Below, piece by piece: positions 9,336 through 18,557 of a stretch of DNA of 64,000 nt. This DNA comes from an uncultured virus (IMG/VR IMGVR_UViG_3300046340_000069) (Duplodnaviria > Heunggongvirae > Uroviricota > Caudoviricetes): IMG/VR virus record IMGVR_UViG_3300046340_000069. One strand, given 5' to 3'. Each line of letters opens with the position of its first letter. Within the stretch, counting starts at the first letter, position 1. The translations under genes and the position numbers were made by a program. The notes beneath the pieces are model-generated. The model had not been told where the DNA came from. It did no database searches and was given only the letters and a program-made list of their open reading frames with translations.

Positions 9336-9929
9336 ATGACTCACATTTCCGAATATCAATCTTATGTAGTTGACAAAAAATTATCTAGTGCCAGTAAAGA
9401 CTTGTTTGAATTTATAACTGCAATAGAAACTATTTCTGAATATGATTATGATTTTTTTCCAAAACTAATTTGTGGAGCAATTGGACAATCTAGTGAGTCT
9501 GCGGAATTATTAGAGGAAGTATTAAAAACATATCCAGAAAAACTTGTTGATGAATTAGGGGACGTTTATTATTACTTAAATGTCTCTGCTACAGCATTAG
9601 ATATTAAACTTCTTGAATACACTTCCCGCAATTATGTTGATGTTGTTTATAATGATTCTTTAACTAAATTGCAAATCGTTCAACAAATATCTATTAATGC
9701 TGGTAAATATTTAGATATCGTGAAAAAACTATTATTTCAAGGAAAACCGTATACTCCTATGATCCAATCATCATTAATGGAGTTGTTGATAAAAATTTAT
9801 CATTATATTAATCAATTATCAGAAATTCTAGGTATTACTTTAGAAGATGTGATCAAAGCAAATCGAGATAAATTGGATGCAAGATATAAAAATCAGTTCA
9901 CTGTAAATGAGAGTGAAAATAAAAATTAA
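9336..9929 (+). CDS. mazG: MazG-like NTP pyrophosphohydrolase
   Basis: ESAELLE...DELGDVYYY; NRDKLDARY; follows gene 41 as in cyanophages. Confidence 0.85.
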   Translation: MTHISEYQSYVVDKKLSSASKDLFEFITAIETISEYDYDFFPKLICGAIGQSSESAELLEEVLKTYPEKLVDELGDVYYYLNVSATALDIKLLEYTSRNYVDVVYNDSLTKLQIVQQISINAGKYLDIVKKLLFQGKPYTPMIQSSLMELLIKIYHYINQLSEILGITLEDVIKANRDKLDARYKNQFTVNESENKN

Positions 9930-9948
9930 TTATTAAATTTAATAATTC

Positions 9949-9978
9949 ACTCACCTAAACAATTAGGTGAGTTTTTTG
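9949..9978 (+). terminator. hairpin terminator
   Basis: ctcacctaa-acaa-ttaggtgag plus T run. Confidence 0.75.
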
Positions 9979-10032
9979 TATTTAAAAAAATGCGGATAAA
10001 TATGAATATTAAAAGTATTAAATTTAATAATT

Positions 10033-10503
10033 ATGGGGTATATAACTGAATCGACTACTGCGATGAATGTTGCTAAAAAAATAAATCTATCTCATGTAGG
10101 TGGGGGATTTTATTCGAGTAAAAATGGTGATATTACTCATAAAAGTATTGATGGTATGACATTGACACCAATAAAAAAAAATGATATAGCTAAAAATATT
10201 GCCACTACCAATAGGTTGTCTGTACAAAAGGATGAAACTTTGCCAGATCCATTAGGACAACCTAGTGGTATATCAAATAATAAAATTTTACCAAAGAAGA
10301 AAAAGAAATCATTAGTAGAGTTTATTTGTGAGCAATCATTACCATTATGGTCAGTACGATATCAATTATCCTCCACCGGATCTAGGATACATAATTTTGA
10401 AGTGGAAGCATTAAATCAAAAAGAAGCATTATTGAAAACTCAAGCATTTTTACATAGTGCAAAATTCATTTTTGCTCCTGTGCGAGTTACAAAAAAACTA
10501 TAA
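10033..10503 (+). CDS. hypothetical, probable virion-internal protein
   Basis: MGYITES and KKSLVEFICE motifs; late-promoter-like ATAAATA upstream. Confidence 0.65.
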   Translation: MGYITESTTAMNVAKKINLSHVGGGFYSSKNGDITHKSIDGMTLTPIKKNDIAKNIATTNRLSVQKDETLPDPLGQPSGISNNKILPKKKKKSLVEFICEQSLPLWSVRYQLSSTGSRIHNFEVEALNQKEALLKTQAFLHSAKFIFAPVRVTKKL

Positions 10504-10506
10504 ATA
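10499..10506 (+). promoter_or_regulatory. T4-type late promoter
   Basis: TATAAATA 25 bp upstream of ATG 10532. Confidence 0.75.
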
Positions 10507-10531
10507 TAACTATAAACATAAATTTAATACA

Positions 10532-13435
10532 ATGACAGATAACGTTTTACTCACTAAACTTTGCTTAGATTATCCTACACACAGTTTACTAAAAGTTCAG
10601 AATGTATTTAGACTAGCAGAAAATTTATATTCTATTGGTACGGATGACTATTATGATTATATTGATGCGTATACAGAACCCACGGAAAAAAATATTGCAA
10701 ATATTATGTTTGAATCGATTGCTCTCAATGAATCTACGAGAGAGTATATGGGGGTTACTATATATAAAGAAGATGATGGCAAGTATAGTGTACCGGAATT
10801 GGGTATCTATAATGTTGTCGGAAGTAGCAATTTAAAAGATTATATTAAATCAAAATTAATACAGAAAAATACACGAACATTTAGTGAAGAATGTGAAACG
10901 GTAGTGAATAATATCAATTCTTTAGTTGAATTTGACGAAAATCAATTTTTGAATTTTGTATTAAATGAGATGACCGAAAGTGATTATGAAGTATTGGATG
11001 GTACTAATTTTAAAAATTTTGTATTAATTATTTCAGAAATTATTGATGGTGACTGGGAAGTTCCTCCATCATTGATTATGGAAAATTATATATTTGATGA
11101 AGGTGTGGGGGATTTTATTAAAAAAATTAAAGGCGCAGTAAGTGATGCACATTTGGAATTAGCATATAAATCACCCAATATAGCTAATACGTTAGGGGAT
11201 GCTTATACTCGTCATGACAATGCAACAAAGGCATTGAAAGATAAATTAGAAAATATTGGCAGTAAAGTAAAATCTACAACAAATGCTTTGGGGGATGCCT
11301 ATGGTCGCCATAGTGCAGCTACAAAGGCTGCTGGGCAAAAAATTAGTGATGCCAAGGATAAAGCTGGACGAATTTATAGCAAAGTAGATAAAATTTTATC
11401 CCCTGCTCCAAGAAGCAGAAAGGATACTGCGGCGGCTAAGGAAAAGGTGTCTAGAGTATATGGTGCAGTGGATAAAGTATTATCTCCTCCGCCAATGAGT
11501 AAAGAGAATAAAGACGCACTTAAACAAAAGGGATCTAATGTTGGTGGCATTTTAGATCGAATGATTCTATCTCCTCGCCCTAGTAAAAAGTCTGTTGTTG
11601 CTCCAACAGAAACAACAACTAAACCTAGAAGTAATGTTCCAGAAAGAGGTAGAATTGCGAATGATATATTAGATAAGTTAAAAACTGACGGAGATGCAGA
11701 GAAAGCTGAAAACAAAATAGTTGCTAGATATAAACCTAAAAAAATAAGTGCCGCAGAAAGAGAAGCAGCATTAGAAAAAAAATACGATGAAGTGATGAAA
11801 GAGGACTTTGATACTCAATTAGAATTCATTAAAGATTGGTTATACGAAAATGAGATCTTTGATAATTTGGAAGATATTGACAATTATATTTTGGAAGATA
11901 TGACTAGTGAAGAATATGCTACTATTATTAGTGAAATATCTGATGAAGATGGCGATCATGAAGAGGAACTTAAATCTCTTACCAAAGAAGCCAGAAGTTC
12001 CAAACTTAAAAAGACTGGTGCCAAGATGTCACCAAAAGAAAGACGCAATATTACGGACACTAATACTGCGTTGGATACTGCTGTAAAATTTGGTACACGA
12101 TATCCAAATAATTATATTGGTAATACTGGGGGCAAAAGTAATAGATTTATGACTATTGCCCAAAGACTGGATGCTGGTATAGATAGTGGTATAGATAAAT
12201 TATCTAAAATTAATAGAGACAATAATCCTTATTATGGGGGAGATATATATGGTAGTGTTACTCCACCAAAACCATTAGATATCAAAAAAAATAATAGTGC
12301 TTTTAGACAAAATGGTGGAATATTAGCTACTGCATCTGAGACATCACCATCTTCTACAAGAACAAAAAAAATAAGAAAATCGGAAAGTATAGTAGAACCA
12401 TATCGTTCACGTAGTACTAATGGTGGTACAAATACTCCCACTCAAGATCGAATGGGAGGTAAAAGTTCTGTACCACAAATTGACGATAAACCATTAGCTA
12501 AACCATTAGGTAGAGCAATACCTGGGAATCAACATTCTCTTATACCTACACCTAGAACTTCGGCATCTTCTAATTCTTCCAAAACATATACACCAATTAT
12601 TCCTCATGTGCGGGGTCAAGTAACTGATAGAAATAGAAATACTACATATTCTGACAAGGGGGCAATGTTTAAAGACACTGCTTCTTTAAGATCATCTGAA
12701 CTCAGTAGAGATGCTGCGTATCGTGGCGCACTTACTTCTACAAAAATGATTTCTGATCCTAATAACGATGGTAGATTTAAAGATAAATATACACACAAAA
12801 CCCCTCATATTGCGGGACAATTGACTAATACCAGAACTGGTATCACTACATATAATGATGATGGACAAGGATTTGCCGATTCTTTAAAGAATAGTTTAGG
12901 TAAAGCTAAAGTTAAACCGTCCTCACTAATATCCACAATTGGCAAAAAATCTAAATCTATAGCAAAAAATGTTATTGGGGGCATTAAGCGCAAACTATAT
13001 GGAGAAGAGTTGGCAGAATCAGATATTAAAAACTTTATTACAGAAGAAGAGTTTTTAGAGATTACTGAGTATCTAGTTGAATATGATATTTTTGAAGACG
13101 ATCAAGAATTAGAATACTTCTTATTAGAGAAATTAGATTGGGAACTATTAGACATAATTCACGAAAATATTGAAAATGATGCAATTAAACTTATCATAGA
13201 GTGCTTATGTGATGAAGAAACATCAGAACAAACATATTTGGTATTGGAAAGTTTGATTGGCGAAGATATCGATATTTTGATTGAAGAAGCATCAACAATG
13301 GTAGCTAGTGATGTGAATGAATCACCAATGCCAATGAAATTAGCAGATTGTAGTTGTGGCAAATTTGGTTGTAAATCTTGTTCCAAGAGTTCTTGGAAAA
13401 GTAAAGTTTATGATAAAATGAAGGAGGATAAATGA
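10532..13435 (+). CDS. large probable head-internal/core protein with alternating acidic and basic blocks
   Basis: Start set at MTDNVLL; repeated acidic helical modules separated by K/R/S/T-rich tracts. Confidence 0.75.
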   Translation: MTDNVLLTKLCLDYPTHSLLKVQNVFRLAENLYSIGTDDYYDYIDAYTEPTEKNIANIMFESIALNESTREYMGVTIYKEDDGKYSVPELGIYNVVGSSNLKDYIKSKLIQKNTRTFSEECETVVNNINSLVEFDENQFLNFVLNEMTESDYEVLDGTNFKNFVLIISEIIDGDWEVPPSLIMENYIFDEGVGDFIKKIKGAVSDAHLELAYKSPNIANTLGDAYTRHDNATKALKDKLENIGSKVKSTTNALGDAYGRHSAATKAAGQKISDAKDKAGRIYSKVDKILSPAPRSRKDTAAAKEKVSRVYGAVDKVLSPPPMSKENKDALKQKGSNVGGILDRMILSPRPSKKSVVAPTETTTKPRSNVPERGRIANDILDKLKTDGDAEKAENKIVARYKPKKISAAEREAALEKKYDEVMKEDFDTQLEFIKDWLYENEIFDNLEDIDNYILEDMTSEEYATIISEISDEDGDHEEELKSLTKEARSSKLKKTGAKMSPKERRNITDTNTALDTAVKFGTRYPNNYIGNTGGKSNRFMTIAQRLDAGIDSGIDKLSKINRDNNPYYGGDIYGSVTPPKPLDIKKNNSAFRQNGGILATASETSPSSTRTKKIRKSESIVEPYRSRSTNGGTNTPTQDRMGGKSSVPQIDDKPLAKPLGRAIPGNQHSLIPTPRTSASSNSSKTYTPIIPHVRGQVTDRNRNTTYSDKGAMFKDTASLRSSELSRDAAYRGALTSTKMISDPNNDGRFKDKYTHKTPHIAGQLTNTRTGITTYNDDGQGFADSLKNSLGKAKVKPSSLISTIGKKSKSIAKNVIGGIKRKLYGEELAESDIKNFITEEEFLEITEYLVEYDIFEDDQELEYFLLEKLDWELLDIIHENIENDAIKLIIECLCDEETSEQTYLVLESLIGEDIDILIEEASTMVASDVNESPMPMKLADCSCGKFGCKSCSKSSWKSKVYDKMKEDK

Positions 13436-13623
13436 GATATCTGAAGGAAGCTAATGTAATGAAATCTGGTGAAGTGTATATGACTCATATCTCCCCAAAT
13501 AAACCTATTGCTCCAAAATTGATAGATTTAATAAATAAGAAGTTGGAATTATCTGATAACGATTTAGGTTCAGATGACGATTGGGGGAAACTACACCACC
13601 GGATGCTCCTGAACCTACTATGA
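13432..13623 (+). CDS. hypothetical protein
   Basis: ATGA/TAA overlap coupling on both sides; MRYLKEA start. Confidence 0.6.
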   Translation: MRYLKEANVMKSGEVYMTHISPNKPIAPKLIDLINKKLELSDNDLGSDDDWGKLHHRMLLNLL

Positions 13624-15101
13624 ATAATAATTTGTTACCAATTCGCAAAAAAATCAAATCACAAACTAAAATATCTGAACAATATATGGGATATATAAAT
13701 GAAGCAAACCAACGGACTTCTCGAAATTCCAAGAAACCATCATTGGTTGATTTGACTACAGAACCAGCACAACCTGGGGATCGCCGTATGAAGCGGGAAA
13801 ATTATATGACAAGTGGTGTTGATAATACTACACGTCCTGTGGCTAAGACATTGGTTCAGGCAATTTCTACTAAATTGAATATTAAACCATATGGCACCCC
13901 TCCTGTGTCACCAGATGAAGATATAGAAGCAAAAGATCATTGGGGCAAAGAAATAAATACTCCTGAATTAAGATTTCAAAAAAAAGTCTCAAACGAAGAT
14001 CCTTGGGAAACTCCTATAGAGAGAGCAGTAGCTATAAAAAATAATGTTAATACTAGACGAGTAAAAAGTGTATTATCTACTATTAAATCACCCCCCCCAT
14101 CAAAATCAGAAATCCCTAGATTTACCACATCGGATTGGAAACCTAGAGGCGAAATAAAAAAGATTGTTCTTCCGGATGAATGGAATAATACTTATACCAA
14201 AAAAGATGCTGATAATTATGATCTAAAACAGCGAACAAAAGGAAGACAAACATATAATGAAATTAGACAAAAAATTAATAAAGAAACTAAAGCAAATATA
14301 AATAATCATGAACAATCTGTTATGAATGGTAAAATTCAAAAAAATATGCAATCTTACGCAGATTATGCTGAACAAAGAAAATTTATACCAGGAAAACCAA
14401 AACCTTTGCTTGGTGCTAATTTTACAACAATAAAAAAAGATGGCACCCCTGGGAAAACTCTTTTCCCATCATTATATAAAGTTAAATCTAAAAAATCATT
14501 GAAAGAGTTTGTGATGGAGACGATTAACTCCCCAGACCCCAATAAAGTTAGAGCAGATTTGAGAAACAGAAATGCAAAAATTAATAATCCACTATTTAGA
14601 GCAAAAAATGCTGTTAGTGGTGGGGTTAATGCTGTTAGTGGTGGAGTTAATGCGGTGAGGAATGCTGTTAGTCCAACTAGAAATATTATTCCCAATAAAG
14701 CAACAGTGGGTACAGGCAATATAATTGCAGGAAGAGAATATACTAATAAAAAAACAGATTGGCGGAGTGGAAATGACCCCTATTACTATAATCAAGATAA
14801 AGTAAATGCACGAATAAATACCGCGTATGCACCAAATTCATATAATCAAACATGGAATAATAGTAATTTATTAAACGGAGATAATCTACAAAGACAAACT
14901 AATCAATCTAATCTAAAAAAAGAACAGGATAAAGCAAAAGCAGCACGAATGGCGCAACGTAGTGAATATTATCAAAACACTTTGAAACCAGCGATTACAC
15001 GAACTGCTTCTAATATTGCCAGAAAAGCAATGAGTCGCAATTATTGGCGTAAAGACATTAAACCAGCATTAAACACTATAGCCGACGCTTTTAGACGTTA
15101 A
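13620..15101 (+). CDS. basic low-complexity protein, probable virion-internal
   Basis: ATG 13620 overlaps upstream TGA; KKSLKEFVME motif; NAVSGGV repeats. Confidence 0.7.
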   Translation: MNNNLLPIRKKIKSQTKISEQYMGYINEANQRTSRNSKKPSLVDLTTEPAQPGDRRMKRENYMTSGVDNTTRPVAKTLVQAISTKLNIKPYGTPPVSPDEDIEAKDHWGKEINTPELRFQKKVSNEDPWETPIERAVAIKNNVNTRRVKSVLSTIKSPPPSKSEIPRFTTSDWKPRGEIKKIVLPDEWNNTYTKKDADNYDLKQRTKGRQTYNEIRQKINKETKANINNHEQSVMNGKIQKNMQSYADYAEQRKFIPGKPKPLLGANFTTIKKDGTPGKTLFPSLYKVKSKKSLKEFVMETINSPDPNKVRADLRNRNAKINNPLFRAKNAVSGGVNAVSGGVNAVRNAVSPTRNIIPNKATVGTGNIIAGREYTNKKTDWRSGNDPYYYNQDKVNARINTAYAPNSYNQTWNNSNLLNGDNLQRQTNQSNLKKEQDKAKAARMAQRSEYYQNTLKPAITRTASNIARKAMSRNYWRKDIKPALNTIADAFRR

Positions 15102-15105
15102 AACT

Positions 15106-15282
15106 ATGACTATTACTGCAATCCTTTTATTAGTTGAAGTATTTTGGGCAGCCAATGGCGTATATGTAATGGCTATTTTATTTGCCGTTAGTGAGATATT
15201 AGCAATGGTGCCAAAAGTGAAGGAGAATTCCATGTTGGAATTTTTATTAAAGTTTATAATGTTAGTATCAAGAAAAGGATAA
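15106..15282 (+). CDS. small membrane protein (58 aa), holin-like candidate
   Basis: Manual translation MTITAILLLVEVFWAANGVYVMAILFAVSEILAMVPKVKENSMLEFLLKFIMLVSRKG; fills the gap exactly. Confidence 0.7.
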   Translation: MTITAILLLVEVFWAANGVYVMAILFAVSEILAMVPKVKENSMLEFLLKFIMLVSRKG

Positions 15283-15283
15283 C

Positions 15284-15811
15284 ATGGGATTACCATTACA
15301 CAAGATAAGTTCTATAAAATTGACAGACAATTCTAAAATTGTTGAAGATTTTAGTAGTGATGCGAATATTAGTGCAGGAGATATATTGAGTATTATGGGA
15401 GTAGATTATCAAATTGAAAAAATTGATGGTGACGACAAATTAATTTTGTATAAACCATATGTAGCGATTGGAGAACTAGTATCAGACCAATTAACGATAA
15501 AGATTTTACCTGGATATATAAAAAATCAGGTAAAACAATATGGTGAATTGGTATTGTTTACATTAGAAGATATGACACTAGATGCCACTAAAGGAATGGG
15601 AATTAAAACTCCTGGGTGGTGGTATATAAATAAATATGTGTCGAAAGGTATTACACGATATCGGAATGAATTGTTAGTAGCAGTCAATCTTAATGATGAA
15701 ATAGTTCCGGTTATGGAACCTATTAAACCTATTGAAATAGTTCCGGTTATGGAACCTATTAAACCTGTTAAATCTACTAAATCTGATGTCAACGTATCTA
15801 CCAAAAAATAG
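15284..15811 (+). CDS. hypothetical/virion protein
   Basis: TPGWW...RYRNELLVA; C-terminal EIVPVMEPIKP duplication. Confidence 0.7.
   Translation: MGLPLHKISSIKLTDNSKIVEDFSSDANISAGDILSIMGVDYQIEKIDGDDKLILYKPYVAIGELVSDQLTIKILPGYIKNQVKQYGELVLFTLEDMTLDATKGMGIKTPGWWYINKYVSKGITRYRNELLVAVNLNDEIVPVMEPIKPIEIVPVMEPIKPVKSTKSDVNVSTKK
15698..15766 (+). repeat. 36-bp-period tandem duplication
   Basis: gaaatagttccggttatggaacctattaaacct x2. Confidence 0.9.
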
Positions 15812-16086
15812 TGTCCCCATTAAATGAAAATAATCTGATTATATATGCGTTAGAGAACTATCTATTAAAAGAGTCTGCTAATCGAACAATTTTTTTAGCA
15901 GACTTCGGCTTAATAAGAACATTTTCTAAGTATCTTGATAAAAATATTGAAAATCGTCCAGAGTTAGTGTATAATAGAATGATGATCTTATTTAATTTAT
16001 TTGAATATGATGCAATAATAATTATATTAAAATATATATTGGGGGATAAATATATATTAATATCAACATATATCAGAAATGTTTAA
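15811..16086 (+). CDS. conserved T4-like cyanophage hypothetical protein
   Basis: LNENNLIIYALENY N-terminus; position upstream of primase. Confidence 0.65.
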   Translation: MSPLNENNLIIYALENYLLKESANRTIFLADFGLIRTFSKYLDKNIENRPELVYNRMMILFNLFEYDAIIIILKYILGDKYILISTYIRNV

Positions 16087-16537
16087 TAATAATAATAGAG
16101 ATAATAGAGTAGACTTTATAGAACAAAAGCTGGCATTTTTTGAGGGGTTGTCAAAGGAAATGTCCGTAGAATTTAAAAAAGTTATTGAAAAATTAGTAGA
16201 GAACAACGCACAAGTTGCTACTCTCGTAACAAAACAAGATCTCAGAATTAATACCTTAGACATTAATGCTCAAACTATTGCATCAGATCTAAAAGATATT
16301 TCTCAAAAAATTGATGCTCAGAATTTGAAACAAGATAATAATATATCTATGATTCATATTAATATGACCGATATGAATAATAAATTGGTTGAGTTGTACA
16401 ATTTTCGTACAATTGTCACTTGGTCTGTCACCGCATTAGTGTTTTTTTTAGGGATAGCTGCATCTGCTGGATGGCTATCCCCAGAAAAACTATCTACTCC
16501 CAAACCACAAATACAAGAACAAACAAAAGTAAATTGA
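16079..16537 (+). CDS. coiled-coil protein with C-terminal transmembrane helix
   Basis: Heptad-like region then IVTWSVTALVFFLGIAASAGW. Confidence 0.7.
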   Translation: MFNNNNRDNRVDFIEQKLAFFEGLSKEMSVEFKKVIEKLVENNAQVATLVTKQDLRINTLDINAQTIASDLKDISQKIDAQNLKQDNNISMIHINMTDMNNKLVELYNFRTIVTWSVTALVFFLGIAASAGWLSPEKLSTPKPQIQEQTKVN

Positions 16538-16538
16538 G

Positions 16539-17507
16539 ATGGATATAATAAGCGATTTGTCTTTAGTATTGGATAAATTCAAAAAAACTGGAGAATCTTA
16601 TACATTTAGGTGTCCTATTTGTGGAGATAGCAACAAAAATAAGTACATCACTAGAGGCTACCTATTTCTGTCTAAAGAGCGGACTTATATCTACAAGTGC
16701 CACAACTGCGGAGTGTGTAAGTCTTTAAATAATTTTTTGAAAGACTCATTTCCTGATTTATATCACAAATATCTGTACAGCAATTATACATCTCAACCTG
16801 AAACTAAAAGGATAGTTACCTTTAAGTCTCCTAATAGAATATATCGACCCATCATCTTTGAAGAATTACCCACTATATCAGAACTTCATAAGAATCACGC
16901 TGCCAAGTTATATTTGCAACATCGCAAAGTACCAGAAGCATTTCTCAGAAATGCTTATTACACAGAGAATTGGAAAAAATTCGCAAATCAGTATAAGCAC
17001 ACTTATAATAATATAGATAAGGAGGAATCAAGGATTGTTATACCGTTGATCATAAATGATCAGGCAGTAGGGTTTCAAGCGAGACTGTTGGGAGTATCCG
17101 TGGGAATTAGGTACATCACAATCATGCTGGCGGACGCTCCTAAGATATACGGTCATGATCTAATTGATTGGAATAAGCCAGTATATGTTGTGGAGGGCGT
17201 GTACGATTCACTTTTTGTCCCAAATTGTATCGCAATGCTAGGTTCTAGCATAGATTTAGATTTTCTGAATTCCAAATCCAACACTAAATTTGTATTTCTG
17301 TATGACAATGAACCATATAATACACAGATTGTTAATCAAATGAAGAAAGTAGTGGATTTGGGGCATTCAGTTTGCATTTGGGACAAATCCTACAAAGAAA
17401 AAGACATTAATGATTGCCTCATTAATGGTACTGACATTAATCCTGTTATAAATAATGATTATTCTGGCACGAGAGCGAAATTAGAAATTAGTAATTTTAT
17501 TAAATAA
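16539..17507 (+). CDS. 61: DNA primase (T4 gp61)
   Basis: FRCPICGDS...YKCHNCG zinc finger; VEGVYDSLF, YDNEP, KDIND Toprim motifs. Confidence 0.95.
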   Translation: MDIISDLSLVLDKFKKTGESYTFRCPICGDSNKNKYITRGYLFLSKERTYIYKCHNCGVCKSLNNFLKDSFPDLYHKYLYSNYTSQPETKRIVTFKSPNRIYRPIIFEELPTISELHKNHAAKLYLQHRKVPEAFLRNAYYTENWKKFANQYKHTYNNIDKEESRIVIPLIINDQAVGFQARLLGVSVGIRYITIMLADAPKIYGHDLIDWNKPVYVVEGVYDSLFVPNCIAMLGSSIDLDFLNSKSNTKFVFLYDNEPYNTQIVNQMKKVVDLGHSVCIWDKSYKEKDINDCLINGTDINPVINNDYSGTRAKLEISNFIK

Positions 17508-18035
17508 TTGTGTTATAATGATGTTGTAATTAATATCACTAGTAGATTTGATATAAGGACAAATGGGCAAAATGTAAAAATCTATGAACTAGTATATGGA
17601 GAAAAGACTAATCAAAACTATGTACTCAATCATTTAGATGACAATCCTAATAATAATAAGCTATGTAATCTAGAATTAGTCACTAATTGGTTCAACTCAT
17701 CAATACAGAAGAAGTCATCTGGACTAGATATTGGTATAAACTATAATCGTGATAATCGTGTTGGCAGTTATCAAACAAAAATTGCTATGCCAAGAGTAAA
17801 TGGTAAGAGAATAACTTTTGGTTCACAATCTATTGATTATCTACAAAACTTACATTTCCAATTTGGAGTAAAGTCAGGATTAGTGTCTTCTGAACGATAC
17901 TTACAAGAAGTACCTAATTGGTTGCCAGATCTAACTATCCAATTCAAACCAGAACATCAGATCAAACTAGAACTACTAATTGAAGCACACATAGAGAATC
18001 AACTTACTTGGGATAAGCCGATTAGGTTGGCATAA
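17508..18035 (+). pseudogene. N-terminally deleted HNH-AP2 endonuclease (paralog of 48958-49653)
   Basis: NHLDDNPNNNKLCNLELVTNWFN...ENQLTWDKPI; no good start, the predicted start overlaps the family's TGTGTTATAAT promoter. Confidence 0.75.
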
Positions 18036-18084
18036 TCTCACTAAGTCTGTTATAATAAAAAGGAACAAAGCATTACGACACAAA

Positions 18085-18453
18085 ATGAAATCGTTAGATC
18101 CAATTTTCAGCTTTTCCGATCATCCGTCATTAAAAGGCGACCCACGCAGCACGTTATATTGTTGCCCTGATAGAAATAACCATATTAAATTCTACTATGC
18201 CAACTATGAAGAATTAGTAGAAATCGGATTGAGTAGTTTAGCTTATTGTAACATGGGCGAACCGTATCGAGTACTAGCCAGACTATATTTTATTAAATTT
18301 AATAATTGTCACAAAGAAACTATTAATATCTCAATGGAAGATGCAGTACGACTATACAAATATTTGCAAAAAATTAATATGATGGTATTAGTATCTAAAG
18401 ATTTATTAACTGACAACACTTTTAAAAAATATTTAGAAGTATACGAAGATTAA
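18085..18453 (+). CDS. hypothetical protein
   Basis: ATG ORF after TGTTATAAT promoter. Confidence 0.7.
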   Translation: MKSLDPIFSFSDHPSLKGDPRSTLYCCPDRNNHIKFYYANYEELVEIGLSSLAYCNMGEPYRVLARLYFIKFNNCHKETINISMEDAVRLYKYLQKINMMVLVSKDLLTDNTFKKYLEVYED

Positions 18454-18557
18454 TTTTTAATTAAATACTTTATATTATTAAGATGATTCACTTTGATTAT
18501 ACAATCATCAGAAGACTAAATTTTTGATTAAATATTAACCCACAACAGTAAAAAATA

